From assembly GCA_016186645.1 (NCBI GenBank), contig JACPLF010000010.1, forward strand, positions 10,269 through 74,268: a stretch of DNA of 64,000 nucleotides, written 5' to 3'. This document shows, one piece after another, positions 36,573 to 46,735 of the stretch. Origin of the DNA: Candidatus Levyibacteriota bacterium. GTDB taxonomy: Bacteria; Patescibacteriota; Microgenomatia; Levybacterales; UBA12049. The position numbers and the translations under genes were made by a program. The number at the start of each line of letters is the position of its first letter. The stretch's first letter is position 1. The notes beneath the pieces are model-generated. The model worked only from the letters and a program-made list of their open reading frames with translations, was not told the DNA's origin and ran no database searches.

Positions 36573-37910
36573 ATGTCAAACCGTACATTAATTTCGGAAA
36601 CAGTTGATTGTGTGGGGAAAATAGTAGCTGTTGAAGGCTGGATTCATTTACGCCGCGATCATGGTAAACTTATTTTTCTAAGCTTTAGAGATAGATCGGG
36701 ATTCCTTCAAATAGTCGTAAATGCGAAGGAATCTTCAAGCGCTTATGAGACTGCAAAAAAAGTACGGCCTGAATTTGCGGTTAAAGTAATTGGTCTTGTT
36801 AAAAAGAGGCCGGAAAACGCGGTTGATAAGAATTCAGTTGCAGGCTCAGTTGAGCTTGAAGCTCAGAAAATTAGTATCTTATCCAAAGCAGAAGTTTTGC
36901 CTTTTGATATGGGAGGAAAAGACCTTAATCTGGAACTTCCGACTCTTTTAGATCATCGCGGTTTAAGCTTGCGGCATCAAAAAGTAGCTGCAATTTTTAA
37001 AGTCCAGGAGACAGTTATAGATTCTTTCAGAATTGCATGTAAGAAAAAAGACTTCACGGAATTCCAGTCTCCGGTAATTGTTCCACAAGGCGCGGAAGGC
37101 GGATCCGAAGTTTTTGAAATAAAATATTTTGACCATAAGGCTTACCTTTCTCAAAGTCCGCAATTCTATAAGCAAATCATGGTTGGAGTGTTCGAGCGGG
37201 TTTTTACCGTGAATAAAACAATGAGAGCCGAACCGTCGGTAACAACAAGACACCTAACAGAAGTAACAACTCTTGATGCGGAATTTGGTTTTATTGACAG
37301 TTGGCTTGATCTCATAGATATGGCAGAATATGTTATTAAGTTTATGATAGATAGCGTAAGTAAGCAAAATTTAGATGTCCTTAAAATGTATAACGCAACA
37401 TCTCCAAAAATCTCGGCAAAAATTCCAAGAATAAAATTACGTGAAGCACAAGAAATTATTTTTAAGCGTACAGGCCGCGACAACAGGCAAGATCCTGATC
37501 TTAGTCCGGAAGATGAGCGGGAAATTTGCAGATGGTCTCTTGAGGAAAAGAATTCGGACCTAGTTTTTGTTACCCACTATCCTGTTTCGAAAAGACCATT
37601 TTATACTTTGGAAGATCCCAAGGACAAAGGTTATACATTGAGTTTTGATTTAATCGGGCGGGGAACAGAATGGATGACCGGAGGACAAAGAATAAATGAT
37701 TACAAAAAATTGACAGAGAATGCAAGAAAAAGAGGAATAGATCTAAAAAAAAGCGAAATTTACCTGCAGGCTTTTAGATATGGCATGCCGAGTGAGGGCG
37801 GATTCTCTTTTGGGAGTGAAAGAATCACAATGCATATTTTGGGACTTCAAAATGTTCGGGAAGCGAGTCTTTTCCCAAGAGACATGGAGCGGGTAGATGA
37901 AAGGCTATAA
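36573..37910 (+). CDS. aspS: Aspartate-tRNA ligase, short archaeal-type (probably non-discriminating)
   Basis: OB fold RDRSG..Q, AEGGSEVF, LSQSPQFYKQ, RHLTE, GGQRI, FPRD; no GAD insertion. Confidence 0.88.
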   Translation: MSNRTLISETVDCVGKIVAVEGWIHLRRDHGKLIFLSFRDRSGFLQIVVNAKESSSAYETAKKVRPEFAVKVIGLVKKRPENAVDKNSVAGSVELEAQKISILSKAEVLPFDMGGKDLNLELPTLLDHRGLSLRHQKVAAIFKVQETVIDSFRIACKKKDFTEFQSPVIVPQGAEGGSEVFEIKYFDHKAYLSQSPQFYKQIMVGVFERVFTVNKTMRAEPSVTTRHLTEVTTLDAEFGFIDSWLDLIDMAEYVIKFMIDSVSKQNLDVLKMYNATSPKISAKIPRIKLREAQEIIFKRTGRDNRQDPDLSPEDEREICRWSLEEKNSDLVFVTHYPVSKRPFYTLEDPKDKGYTLSFDLIGRGTEWMTGGQRINDYKKLTENARKRGIDLKKSEIYLQAFRYGMPSEGGFSFGSERITMHILGLQNVREASLFPRDMERVDERL

Positions 37911-38811
37911 AAGGCCACTATTATACTTCTTTCTTTTTGTATGCCTTTCTTTTTTGGTTACTTTTGCTATTTTTGATTTATTTTTAAGATATTACATCTT
38001 CGACAAAAAAATAGAAGAAGTTCCGCTTACTATTTCGAATACTCTATATCCTGTTTTCAAATCGGAAATAAATCCTGACACAACGGCCAAAGCTGTAGTA
38101 GTATTGGATGATGAATCTAAAGTTTTACTTTTTTCAAAAAATCCTAATCTATTATTTTCTATGGCATCAACCACAAAAATTATGACAGCTTTAGTTGCAT
38201 TAGATTATTACAAAATGGATGATGTTTTGATAATAAAGACAGAAAATGTGGAAGGAGTTAATATAGGATTTAAAGTAGGAGAAAAATTGAATTTCGTAGA
38301 TGTTCTGTATGCTATGCTTCTTCCATCCGGCAATGACGCGGCCTTAGCTTTGGCTAAAAATTATCCGGGAGGAGAAGGAGAATTTGTAAAGAAAATGAAT
38401 GAAAAAGCCAAGTTCCTAAACCTTACTAATACTAATTTTGCAGATCCAATCGGACTTGAGGACAGCCGGGATTATACAACTCCGTTGGACTTGGCTAGGC
38501 TCGCATCAGCAGCTTTAGAAAATAAAATCTTTTCAAATGTTGTTGGAACAAGAACGATAGAAATATCAGATATATCAGGGGAAAATAAATATTTATTGAG
38601 GAATCTAAATAAACTGTTGGGGGTTAGTGGCGTTGATGGGGTGAAGACTGGACATACAACAGAGGCTGGTCAAGTTTTGGTCACTTCCAAAAAAGAGGGA
38701 AGTCATCGGATAATAATTGTAGTAATGGATAGTCAAGATAGATTTTCCGATACGGAAAAATTACTGAATTTGATATCGGGGAATATTAATTATTTATCCA
38801 TTCATCCCTAA
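37897..38811 (+). CDS. D-alanyl-D-alanine carboxypeptidase (S11)
   Basis: ASTTK (SxxK), SGN, KTG motifs. Confidence 0.9.
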   Translation: MKGYKRPLLYFFLFVCLSFLVTFAIFDLFLRYYIFDKKIEEVPLTISNTLYPVFKSEINPDTTAKAVVVLDDESKVLLFSKNPNLLFSMASTTKIMTALVALDYYKMDDVLIIKTENVEGVNIGFKVGEKLNFVDVLYAMLLPSGNDAALALAKNYPGGEGEFVKKMNEKAKFLNLTNTNFADPIGLEDSRDYTTPLDLARLASAALENKIFSNVVGTRTIEISDISGENKYLLRNLNKLLGVSGVDGVKTGHTTEAGQVLVTSKKEGSHRIIIVVMDSQDRFSDTEKLLNLISGNINYLSIHP

Positions 38812-39826
38812 CAGCAGATACGTAAGCGACAAAATCATTGTCTCCCTCAAATATAACAACCGGCATGAGGAATTCCTGTTCTAACTCTCCCGCATAATAT
38901 CCCAAAGACACTTTTTTGATAGCAACTTCGACCACATCAATCGATTTGGATGCAACAAAACCTTTTCCTTGTTTCAACTCGTCAAATGCTGTTGCTGCAG
39001 ATTTTATTGCATAAGTTGATGATTCGTTGGAGGTATTTTTGTGGAAATACGCTGCGCTTATAACCTTTAATCCATTGCTTGTTTTTCCGATGAAAAGATC
39101 AATGGTCGATGCTACACCTTTGTCATAATAAATTGGCAATCCGTCAATATCCTTTTGAAAGAAATTTACTCTAATTATTTTGGCACCAGCGATTTTGGAT
39201 GTTGGGACAAGAATTCCTGCCTCTACTGCATACAAAGAAGTTTTTGTTTTGTCTTCGTCAAGGTCTTCTGTAAAAAGAGACATATCTTCAAGAAAAGATT
39301 TGGCTGTATCAATAGCGTTGTCTTTCTCACTAGAGCTAGTAAGGGTTTGTAGGAAGGGCGTTGTTAAGAATAGTGAAGAGACCGTAAAGTCTGAGGAAAA
39401 AATATTAATTGTTATCCTTCTTTGCAAATCAGATCCTGGATCCGTCCACCGATATACGTCTTGGGCAATCTGAGTTTCTTGAGAAGTAAAGTCTACATTT
39501 GAAACTTTTTCTCGCGTTTTATCAAGTCCTAGTAGAGTTGGTTGGTCAGGATTTATCTTATACACAATTGCTCTGTCAGAAAAATTTGGAAGAAAACCGG
39601 TAAGGGTATTTAACGTATAGGTTATAGCTTCTTTCTGTTTTACAGGAAAAGGAATTGGCAGCAATTTTCCGAAAGAAGCCGTCGGTGGCGGAGGCGGAAC
39701 AAACAGGTCTTTAATAAATGTCAAAGACCTTATGCCGAGCAAAAAAAGAAAAATTATAAAAAGAAGTATTCCCGTCCATCTTAGGATTGTTTGTGTTTCC
39801 TTCTTGGCTTTATTTAAAGTAGGCAT
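38786..39826 (-). CDS. Hypothetical membrane-anchored protein
   Basis: Start MPTLNK at 39826 (longer ORF overlaps gltX); TM, PPPPP..FGKL, LGYY..LMPV. Confidence 0.7.
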   Translation of the reverse strand: MPTLNKAKKETQTILRWTGILLFIIFLFLLGIRSLTFIKDLFVPPPPPTASFGKLLPIPFPVKQKEAITYTLNTLTGFLPNFSDRAIVYKINPDQPTLLGLDKTREKVSNVDFTSQETQIAQDVYRWTDPGSDLQRRITINIFSSDFTVSSLFLTTPFLQTLTSSSEKDNAIDTAKSFLEDMSLFTEDLDEDKTKTSLYAVEAGILVPTSKIAGAKIIRVNFFQKDIDGLPIYYDKGVASTIDLFIGKTSNGLKVISAAYFHKNTSNESSTYAIKSAATAFDELKQGKGFVASKSIDVVEVAIKKVSLGYYAGELEQEFLMPVVIFEGDNDFVAYVSAVRDEWINN

Positions 39827-39862
39827 GTCTTGAGTATAAAGAATACTTAATGTACAATCAAG

Positions 39863-41287
39863 ATGATGGTAAGAGTTAGAATTGCGCCAAGCCCCACAGG
39901 GTATCCGCATATTGGGACTATCTTTCAGGCACTTATCAATTATGCCATTGCCAAAAATGCAAAGCCGCAAGGGAAATTTATAGTTCGTATCGAAGACACT
40001 GATAGGACACGATTCGTAGAAGGTGCAGAAGAAAAGATTTATGAAGCGCTTGATTGGTTTAATCTTACAGAAGATGAAAGCCCACGGAGACGTAGAGAAG
40101 GCGATTATGGTCCGTATCGACAGTCGGAAAAGCTTGAGATATATCAAGAAAGAGCGCAATGGCTGGTTGACCATGGTAAGGCATACTATTGTTTTTGTAC
40201 GCCAGAAGAGCTCGATACAATGCGTAAAAAGCAACAACTTGAAGGTAAATCTCCCATGTATAATCGGACTTGTCGGGATTTAGATCCAAAAAAAGCTGCA
40301 GAAAGGGCAAAGAAAGAGCCTCATGTAATCAGAATGAGAATTATCTATGGTGGAGCCATCCTAAAAATACATGATGACATTAGGGGAGACATCGAGTTTA
40401 AAAAAGATCTCATTGATGACCAGGTAATTCTCAAGTCAGATGAGTTTCCCACCTATCACTTAGCAGTTGTTGTAGATGACCACGACATGAAGATTACCCA
40501 TGTGGTGCGGGGAGAAGAATGGATAAGTTCTACACCAAAGCATGTTTTGCTGTATCAATATTTTGGATGGAATCCACCAAGTTTCGGTTCCGTTAAGAGT
40601 GGGTTTGTAGTTTTGCACACTCCATTACTGAGAAATCCTGATGGTTCCAAGCTAAGCAAACGTCATGGTCACGCGGCAGTTAGCTGGTACAAGGAACAGG
40701 GATTCTTGCCAGAAGCAATATTAAATTATTTAGCAAGTCTCGTTTATAACTATCCCAAAGGAGAGATCTTTTCACTCGGTGATTTTGTGGATTCTTTTGA
40801 CAGAACGAAAATTCATTCGGTAGGAGCCCGTTTTGATTTAACAAAGCTTAAGTGGATGAATGGTGAGCATATAAGAATGATGGACAATAAAACTTTAAAA
40901 ATTGCACTTGCTGATTTTTATAAAGACGATTTAGAAATTATTAAATTTTTGGAAAGCGAAGAGTCCTTAAAAATTCTTGATCTTGCAAAAACCAGAATGA
41001 AGACACTTAAGGATTTCAAAAATCTTGTTATTCCGACAAAACCAGAACTTTCAAATGAAGAAAAAAATGTTGCAAAAACTTTGTTGGAAAATTTTTCTAA
41101 AATTGATAGCTGGACTAAGGAAGCAATTCTTTCCGCAATGCGAGAAACTTTAAATGTCCATAAAGCAAAGGGGAGCGTTCTGTATAAAATTGCGACAGGA
41201 TACGAATCAGGATTACCTTTGCCTGATTCTTTAGAAATTTTGGGAAAAGAAAAGGCAATCGAGCGAATTAAAAAATCTTCAGAATAG
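39863..41287 (+). CDS. gltX: Glutamate-tRNA ligase
   Basis: RIAPSPTG..HIG, RIEDTD, PTYHLA, KLSKR. Confidence 0.95.
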   Translation: MMVRVRIAPSPTGYPHIGTIFQALINYAIAKNAKPQGKFIVRIEDTDRTRFVEGAEEKIYEALDWFNLTEDESPRRRREGDYGPYRQSEKLEIYQERAQWLVDHGKAYYCFCTPEELDTMRKKQQLEGKSPMYNRTCRDLDPKKAAERAKKEPHVIRMRIIYGGAILKIHDDIRGDIEFKKDLIDDQVILKSDEFPTYHLAVVVDDHDMKITHVVRGEEWISSTPKHVLLYQYFGWNPPSFGSVKSGFVVLHTPLLRNPDGSKLSKRHGHAAVSWYKEQGFLPEAILNYLASLVYNYPKGEIFSLGDFVDSFDRTKIHSVGARFDLTKLKWMNGEHIRMMDNKTLKIALADFYKDDLEIIKFLESEESLKILDLAKTRMKTLKDFKNLVIPTKPELSNEEKNVAKTLLENFSKIDSWTKEAILSAMRETLNVHKAKGSVLYKIATGYESGLPLPDSLEILGKEKAIERIKKSSE

Positions 41288-41288
41288 T

Positions 41289-41888
41289 ATGAATGGTTTT
41301 GCGAAAGCTGTATCTTTTTTCTTAGGTCCAATATTTATTTTGCTCCCCATCCCTTTTATTTTGGTTGCGAAATTTACTAAGGATTATTCTTATGCTTTAA
41401 AATGGACAGTATTTTCTTACGCTTTTATTTTAGCTGTTGCCGTTTTTGTAATTATAGGAGTATTGTTGGGAGTTTTTTCTAATTTTGACGTTTCCAAAAG
41501 AGAACAACGCCCGATTCTTTTTTCATTCTGCGCATTTGCTGCATTTTGCTATGTCTTATCGCTCTATATTCTTGATGGACCAAAAATTCTTTTTATCGGA
41601 TTTTTTGCAATTATCTTAGGATTAATAGCTATAATAATTATTAACAAATGGGTAAAAGCAAGCATACATGTGGCAACTGCCACATCTGTTCTACTATTTA
41701 TAGGGATTGTTTATAAAGGATATTATTTTTTATTTCTTTCTCTTATTCCTCTTCTTGCATGGGCTCGTATCAAAACAAAAGAACACACACCAATGGAAAC
41801 TGTAATTGGAAGTATTTTAGGAATCGTGATAACATTAATTGTGTATGTTGTTAGTAAGCAATTTTTGTTGGGAATGATTTATAATTAG
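41289..41888 (+). CDS. PAP2-like membrane protein
   Basis: KASIH, WARIKTKEHT..G; multiple TM segments. Confidence 0.65.
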   Translation: MNGFAKAVSFFLGPIFILLPIPFILVAKFTKDYSYALKWTVFSYAFILAVAVFVIIGVLLGVFSNFDVSKREQRPILFSFCAFAAFCYVLSLYILDGPKILFIGFFAIILGLIAIIIINKWVKASIHVATATSVLLFIGIVYKGYYFLFLSLIPLLAWARIKTKEHTPMETVIGSILGIVITLIVYVVSKQFLLGMIYN

Positions 41889-41891
41889 ACT

Positions 41892-42266
41892 ATGAGTATG
41901 GTTTACAATAGATCGCTAATAAAATCTTTTGGATATTCGTTGGAAGGAGTTTGGCATGCATTGAAAAATAACCGCAATTTACGCATTACTTTTTTTCTTG
42001 CCTCAATTGTAATCTTAGTAGGTTTATATTTTCATGTTACTTCTTTTGAAATGGTTCTTTTGGTAATAGCTATTTTGCTTGTAATTTTATCGGAAATGAT
42101 AAATACGGCAATAGAGGAGATGGTAAACCTTATTACATTTGAACACAGGAAAGAAGCAAAAATCGCAAAAGATGTCGCAGCGGGAATGGTTTTGGTTGCA
42201 GCTGTGGGATCTGTAATTATCGGTCTTTTGATATTTACCCCTTATATTTTAAAGTTATTTAAATAG
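41892..42266 (+). CDS. dgkA: Diacylglycerol/undecaprenol kinase
   Basis: EMINTAIEE, AKDVAAG. Confidence 0.88.
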   Translation: MSMVYNRSLIKSFGYSLEGVWHALKNNRNLRITFFLASIVILVGLYFHVTSFEMVLLVIAILLVILSEMINTAIEEMVNLITFEHRKEAKIAKDVAAGMVLVAAVGSVIIGLLIFTPYILKLFK

Positions 42267-42812
42267 AGAAAACGCAGAAACGAGAAGAAATATCCCTGTT
42301 ATATTCAAAACCAAGGATAGCAGAACAAATTGATAAGTTTTTATTTGAGTTAGCCCCATCAAGCTTATTCCTAATTCATCCGGGAATGGGGATGCAATAA
42401 TAATAGCGCCAACTATAGGCAGGCTCCATCTGAAATATTTATGATGCATTAATTCTGTCACATGCCCTCCTCCTAATTTGTTATAAATCGGTGTTATTTC
42501 GCCAATTAAGTTGCCTTTGAAAAAACGAAAAAGAACAAAATTTGCCACAACCGCACCCAGCCCTGCGAATGTCGCTATTTCTAATGCAGATAAAGTTTTT
42601 GATAAGCCCAAAAGAAGAAGCACTCCGAATACGACTGTAGAAGCTGAAACATAGAGTATCCCTGCAATAAAAGAGCCAAATATGGGAATACTGCGGGAAA
42701 CATCAGAAATATTTTGATTCAGGGATTCATCTCCGGAAAAGAATATCGTAATTAAGATACTGATTGCGATAAGAGTCAGCCCTTTATATTTATATTCCCT
42801 AAACCTTTTCAC
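42255..42812 (-). CDS. Hypothetical membrane protein
   Basis: GAIIIASPFPDELG; about 5 TM segments. Confidence 0.7.
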   Translation of the reverse strand: MKRFREYKYKGLTLIAISILITIFFSGDESLNQNISDVSRSIPIFGSFIAGILYVSASTVVFGVLLLLGLSKTLSALEIATFAGLGAVVANFVLFRFFKGNLIGEITPIYNKLGGGHVTELMHHKYFRWSLPIVGAIIIASPFPDELGISLMGLTQIKTYQFVLLSLVLNITGIFLLVSAFSLFK

Positions 42813-43069
42813 CTATCCAGTATAGCATTAATTAGCGTCTCTTTTTGAGTGTGGGATAATTTTTTGAGTTCTGCTTCCCGTTTTAAAGCTTGTGAAAGAG
42901 CGGGGTGGGTTTCGCTATAAACCAATTTAAATGATTTGAAAGAGCGCATGTATTTTGCGGATTTACTTGTTTTATTTTTGTGTTCTTTTAATCTTTTCTC
43001 TAAATTATTTGTCTGTCCTGTATAAAAAGTATTTGAAGATGTCCGAAGAATGTAAACGGTGTAATTCAT
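42809..43069 (-). CDS. GIY-YIG nuclease (UPF0213-like)
   Basis: TVYIL...FYTGQTNNLEKRLKEH, ALKREAELKK. Confidence 0.88.
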   Translation of the reverse strand: MNYTVYILRTSSNTFYTGQTNNLEKRLKEHKNKTSKSAKYMRSFKSFKLVYSETHPALSQALKREAELKKLSHTQKETLINAILDR

Positions 43070-43088
43070 CCTTTCATTATACCCATTC

Positions 43089-43119
43089 AATCCTCCTTCG
43101 CCAAGGCTACGGAAGGATT
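43089..43119. repeat. REP-like palindrome
   Basis: AATCCTCCTTCGCCAAGGCTACGGAAGGATT; related to 17820, 22124 and 35924. Confidence 0.7.
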
Positions 43120-43123
43120 TCGC

Positions 43124-44347
43124 CTACTGCTCAATAAATGTTAATGCGATTCCTTTCTTATCTGCTCTGCCTGTGCGTCCGATTCTATGGACATAGACTT
43201 CGTATGATTCAGGCATATCGTAATTAATAACATGGCTAACATCTGGGATATCAAGTCCACGGGATGCTACGTCTGTTCCCAAAAGTATATTAATCTCGTT
43301 TGATTTAAAAGCTTCCAGAGTTTTCTGGCGCTGATTTTGTCTTTTGTTTCCATGAATTGCTCCCGCTTTAAATCCGCGTCTGATTAGCTCTTCTGTTAAT
43401 TTTTGCACGCCCCATTTTGTCCGTCCAAAAATAAGAACTTTTTCAAAACCAGGCTGTCTTAAAAGATCATGTAATTTATCAACCTTATTTTGTCCCGGAG
43501 CAACTCTGATAATTTCCTGTTCAATTCCTTCTGCAGTTTCCTGCTTTTTAACAGAAACCGTAATGGGGTTTCTGACAAAATTTTGCAAAATCTCTTTTAC
43601 TTTTCCTGAGATTGTTGCTGAGAAAAAAAGAGATTGTCTCACTTGCGGCATTAGAGAAATAAAATATTTAATGTCTTTGATAAACCCAATATCGACCATT
43701 CGGTCTGCTTCGTCCAAAACAACATTGTGGAATTCTGACAAATTTAAAATTCTGGTTTCAATAATATCTTTCAGTCTTCCGGGAGTCCCAATTACAAAAT
43801 GGGGTTTCTGTCTGAGCTGGGAGATTTGCTTGCCCATACTGACTCCTCCAATGCAAAGTGCAGTGTAAATACCTAATCCTCTGGCAAATCCGCGCAATTC
43901 ATCGTGGATTTGGAGAACCAACTCGTGAGTTGGGGCAACAATTAGCACTCTCTCCAATTTATTTCTGAAAACTTTATCGGCTAAAGGAATTAAAAAAGCA
44001 GCAGTTTTACCTGTACCCGTGTTGGCAATACCAATTACATCCCGCCCTTCAATTATGGAATGCATTATTCTATCTTGAATTGGAGTAGGCGTTGTATAGC
44101 CTTTGAGTTTAATATTCTCCAAAACAAGAGGTGATATTTTAAAATCTTCAAATTTATTTGTTGGAATGTATTCAGCATCGGGCTGTGTTTGTTTAATTTC
44201 GTTGAGAGCTTTAGTTGTCGCAATCGCAGCAATTAACTCCGCCTTTGGCATTGTTCTTTGGGGGAATTTCCTGAAACCCCTATTAAAACCGCGTCCATTG
44301 TTTTTTCTTGGATTTCCTCCAGGATGGGTAAATCTACGTTTATCCAT
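43124..44347 (-). CDS. DEAD-box RNA helicase
   Basis: TPIQ, TGTGKT, DEAD, SAT, HRIGRTGR. Confidence 0.95.
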   Translation of the reverse strand: MDKRRFTHPGGNPRKNNGRGFNRGFRKFPQRTMPKAELIAAIATTKALNEIKQTQPDAEYIPTNKFEDFKISPLVLENIKLKGYTTPTPIQDRIMHSIIEGRDVIGIANTGTGKTAAFLIPLADKVFRNKLERVLIVAPTHELVLQIHDELRGFARGLGIYTALCIGGVSMGKQISQLRQKPHFVIGTPGRLKDIIETRILNLSEFHNVVLDEADRMVDIGFIKDIKYFISLMPQVRQSLFFSATISGKVKEILQNFVRNPITVSVKKQETAEGIEQEIIRVAPGQNKVDKLHDLLRQPGFEKVLIFGRTKWGVQKLTEELIRRGFKAGAIHGNKRQNQRQKTLEAFKSNEINILLGTDVASRGLDIPDVSHVINYDMPESYEVYVHRIGRTGRADKKGIALTFIEQ

Positions 44348-44449
44348 AAATTGAAGCTATGAGTAGGGGAAAAGATGCGAGCCTACTGCCTAGACTTATA
44401 CCCTATATTATACCAGAAATCGCTTTAAAAGTCAATTAAGCTTTGTAGA

Positions 44450-44701
44450 TTAAGCTTTGTAGATTGTTGTTCCGCTCTTTACAGCTTGGTCTACCTTAAT
44501 AGCCACTTCCTCATTCTTTTTTCCCGAAGTCACTGGCTTATGATCAAGCTGCATTGACTCTATGGTTTGCTCAAAAGACGCATCATTTTTTGTAAATTTG
44601 ACTTTATCTTCCACTTTTAAAGCCTTTTCAAGTTTTACTACTGCGACTCCTATTTTATCGTAGTAGTGAATGACCTTGCCAACCAAATCCTTTTTATTCA
44701 T
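44450..44701 (-). CDS. Small beta-barrel protein (U32 peptidase C-terminal / translation-factor-like)
   Basis: VGKVIHYYDKIGVAV..FEQTIESMQ..VAIKV; SD AAGGGGGTGA. Confidence 0.75.
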   Translation of the reverse strand: MNKKDLVGKVIHYYDKIGVAVVKLEKALKVEDKVKFTKNDASFEQTIESMQLDHKPVTSGKKNEEVAIKVDQAVKSGTTIYKA

Positions 44702-44718
44702 CACTCTCACCCCCTTCT

Positions 44719-44880
44719 AGAAGTTCTTTCCGATCCCCAGCCTTGGCGGGGGAGGAATTAGAACTTCTTAAACCCGCCGCTAAAGCGCTCTTTGCAGCGT
44801 GTATGAATAATACTGACCTGCCCGCAATGCTACGCATAAGCGTTGCAGGCGGGAAAGCTGCAAAGCAAGCTTAGGCGGGT
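44719..44880. repeat. Cluster of nested palindromic repeats
   Basis: AGAAGTTCT..AGAACTTCT enclosing CCCCAGCCTTGGCGGGG; ACCCGCC..GGCGGGT enclosing CTTTGCAGC..GCTGCAAAG and CCTGCCCGC..GCAGGCGGG. Confidence 0.7.
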
Positions 44881-44955
44881 CTCACCAAATCTTTTCCAAC
44901 AGCATCTTCACTTTAGTACTATATAATTCATGTGTCAATAGTATAATATGAGTCT

Positions 44956-46185
44956 ATGAAATACAAGAGAATTGCGGTTATCTCATACCACACTTGTCCT
45001 TTGTCAGACAGCGAGGGAGAGGAAACAGGAGGACTGAATGTTTATGTGCTTGAATTGTGCAAGCAATTGGCAAGAAAAGGCTTAACAATAGATATTTTCA
45101 CCCGCTCTCAAGACAGAACAAATCAAAGAATCGTTAATGTCCGAGACAATCTTCGCGTTATACATATTGCAGCCGGCAAAGAAGAAAAAATTGAAAAGAA
45201 GAAGCTAATTCTTCATATTCCTGAATTCTTAGCCAATATGTATGATTTTATAAATGAAAATAAGATTGTTTACGATTTGGTTTATTCCCATTATTATTTG
45301 TCCGGAATTATTGGTTTACAAATTAAGGAAAAATATAATATACCTCTTTTTGTTACTTTTCATACATTGGCTCTTATGAAAAATCTTGTTGCAAGGGACG
45401 AATCGGAAAGGGAAGATGTTAAGCGGATTGAGTATGAGATACTGTTTACAAAAAAAGCAGACAAGATTATCGCAACAAGTAATTCGGATGCCCAATATCT
45501 CACTTCTTTGTATAGGTGTCCCAAAAACAAAATTTCAGTTGTAACTCCGGGAGTTGATTTGAAAATTTTCAGTCCGAAAAATAAAAGTAAAGCAAAAAAA
45601 TCTATTGGAATAAGCGAAGATCAGAAATTAATTCTTTTTGTTGGACGAATAGAGCCGCTCAAAGCTATAGATGTACTTTTGTATGCTGTAGAAATCTTAC
45701 GCGGTAACAATCCTGGGATGAAGCTCTGTCTTTGGATTTTGGGAGGAATTGTTAGAAAGAGAAATGAAAAGAATCATAAAGAACTGAAAAGACTAGAGCG
45801 ATTGAGTAAGTCATTAAACATTTTAACAGAGGTAAAATTTATAGAAAGAAAACATCAAAGTGAATTGCCAAACTATTATAATGCATCTGAAGTTGTTGTT
45901 TTACCATCGCATTATGAATCTTTTGGTATTGTCGCATTGGAGGGAATTGCTTGTGGAATTCCAGTTATTATTTCAGACACTGCAGGAGCTGCAGGTCTTT
46001 TTGACAAAAAAACTTCACCGCTGGTTACTTCTCCCAATAATCCATTGATGTTGGCTGAAAAAATAAAATACTTGTTGACAGACAAAAATGTGTATCAAAA
46101 AGTCAGAGGAGAAGTCTTAGAAAAAGTAAAAGAATTAAGTTGGGAAAATATCGCAAATAAATTTGTTGAAATTATAGAGAATTAA
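44956..46185 (+). CDS. GT4 glycosyltransferase (MshA-like)
   Basis: SYHTCPL..GGLNVYV, SHYYLSG, TFHTLA, VGRIEPLK, PSHYESFG. Confidence 0.88.
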   Translation: MKYKRIAVISYHTCPLSDSEGEETGGLNVYVLELCKQLARKGLTIDIFTRSQDRTNQRIVNVRDNLRVIHIAAGKEEKIEKKKLILHIPEFLANMYDFINENKIVYDLVYSHYYLSGIIGLQIKEKYNIPLFVTFHTLALMKNLVARDESEREDVKRIEYEILFTKKADKIIATSNSDAQYLTSLYRCPKNKISVVTPGVDLKIFSPKNKSKAKKSIGISEDQKLILFVGRIEPLKAIDVLLYAVEILRGNNPGMKLCLWILGGIVRKRNEKNHKELKRLERLSKSLNILTEVKFIERKHQSELPNYYNASEVVVLPSHYESFGIVALEGIACGIPVIISDTAGAAGLFDKKTSPLVTSPNNPLMLAEKIKYLLTDKNVYQKVRGEVLEKVKELSWENIANKFVEIIEN

Positions 46186-46735
46186 ATTCTGCCGCATATA
46201 TTTCACCAGGCTGTATGTATCCTTTGATTGGTCTAATCGAATTAATTTCAAGCGGCAACCCTCTTATTTGAGCTTTAATGATCATGATCGGATCGCCGTG
46301 TCCAATAACAGCGATATTCTTTCCTTTATATTTTTTAATTATTTGATCAGAAAATTCTTGCATTCTTTGCGCGACATCTTCAATAGTTTCATCTGAGAAA
46401 TTATTTTTTGCAGAGGCATATATATTTAATTTAGGGAAATGGGCAGAAATATAAGAAAAAGTTTGACCTTGCAAGGAAGATTTGATTTCCAAAATATCTT
46501 CGGAATAATTTATAGGCAAATGCAAAATATCAGCAATAATTTTTGCGCTTTGTTTGGTTCGAAGCAGCGGGCTTGCATAAATGGCGCTTACATTTTTTTT
46601 GGAGAGAAGCTCTGCGGTTTTGGCAATTTGGGCTTTTCCATCTTGAGACAAGGGAAATCCGGGAAGTCTGCCATACATAACCTTATCCGGATTATCCACC
46701 TGTCCATGTCTAACAAAAAAAATCCTCGTAATCAT
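46172..46735 (-). CDS. Histidine phosphatase (phosphoglycerate mutase family)
   Basis: FVRHG, SPLLRT, GHG. Confidence 0.88.
   Translation of the reverse strand: MITRIFFVRHGQVDNPDKVMYGRLPGFPLSQDGKAQIAKTAELLSKKNVSAIYASPLLRTKQSAKIIADILHLPINYSEDILEIKSSLQGQTFSYISAHFPKLNIYASAKNNFSDETIEDVAQRMQEFSDQIIKKYKGKNIAVIGHGDPIMIIKAQIRGLPLEINSIRPIKGYIQPGEIYAAEFNSL

Noticed and set aside
39827-40237. N-terminal extension of the 483-aa minus ORF
   Set aside because: Overlaps gltX antisense; ATG 39826 with TATACT 6 nt upstream is the better start
44956-46735. Mycothiol pathway from the MshA-like GT4 plus phosphatase
   Set aside because: No mshB/C/D in the window, genes are convergent, and family similarity does not fix the substrate
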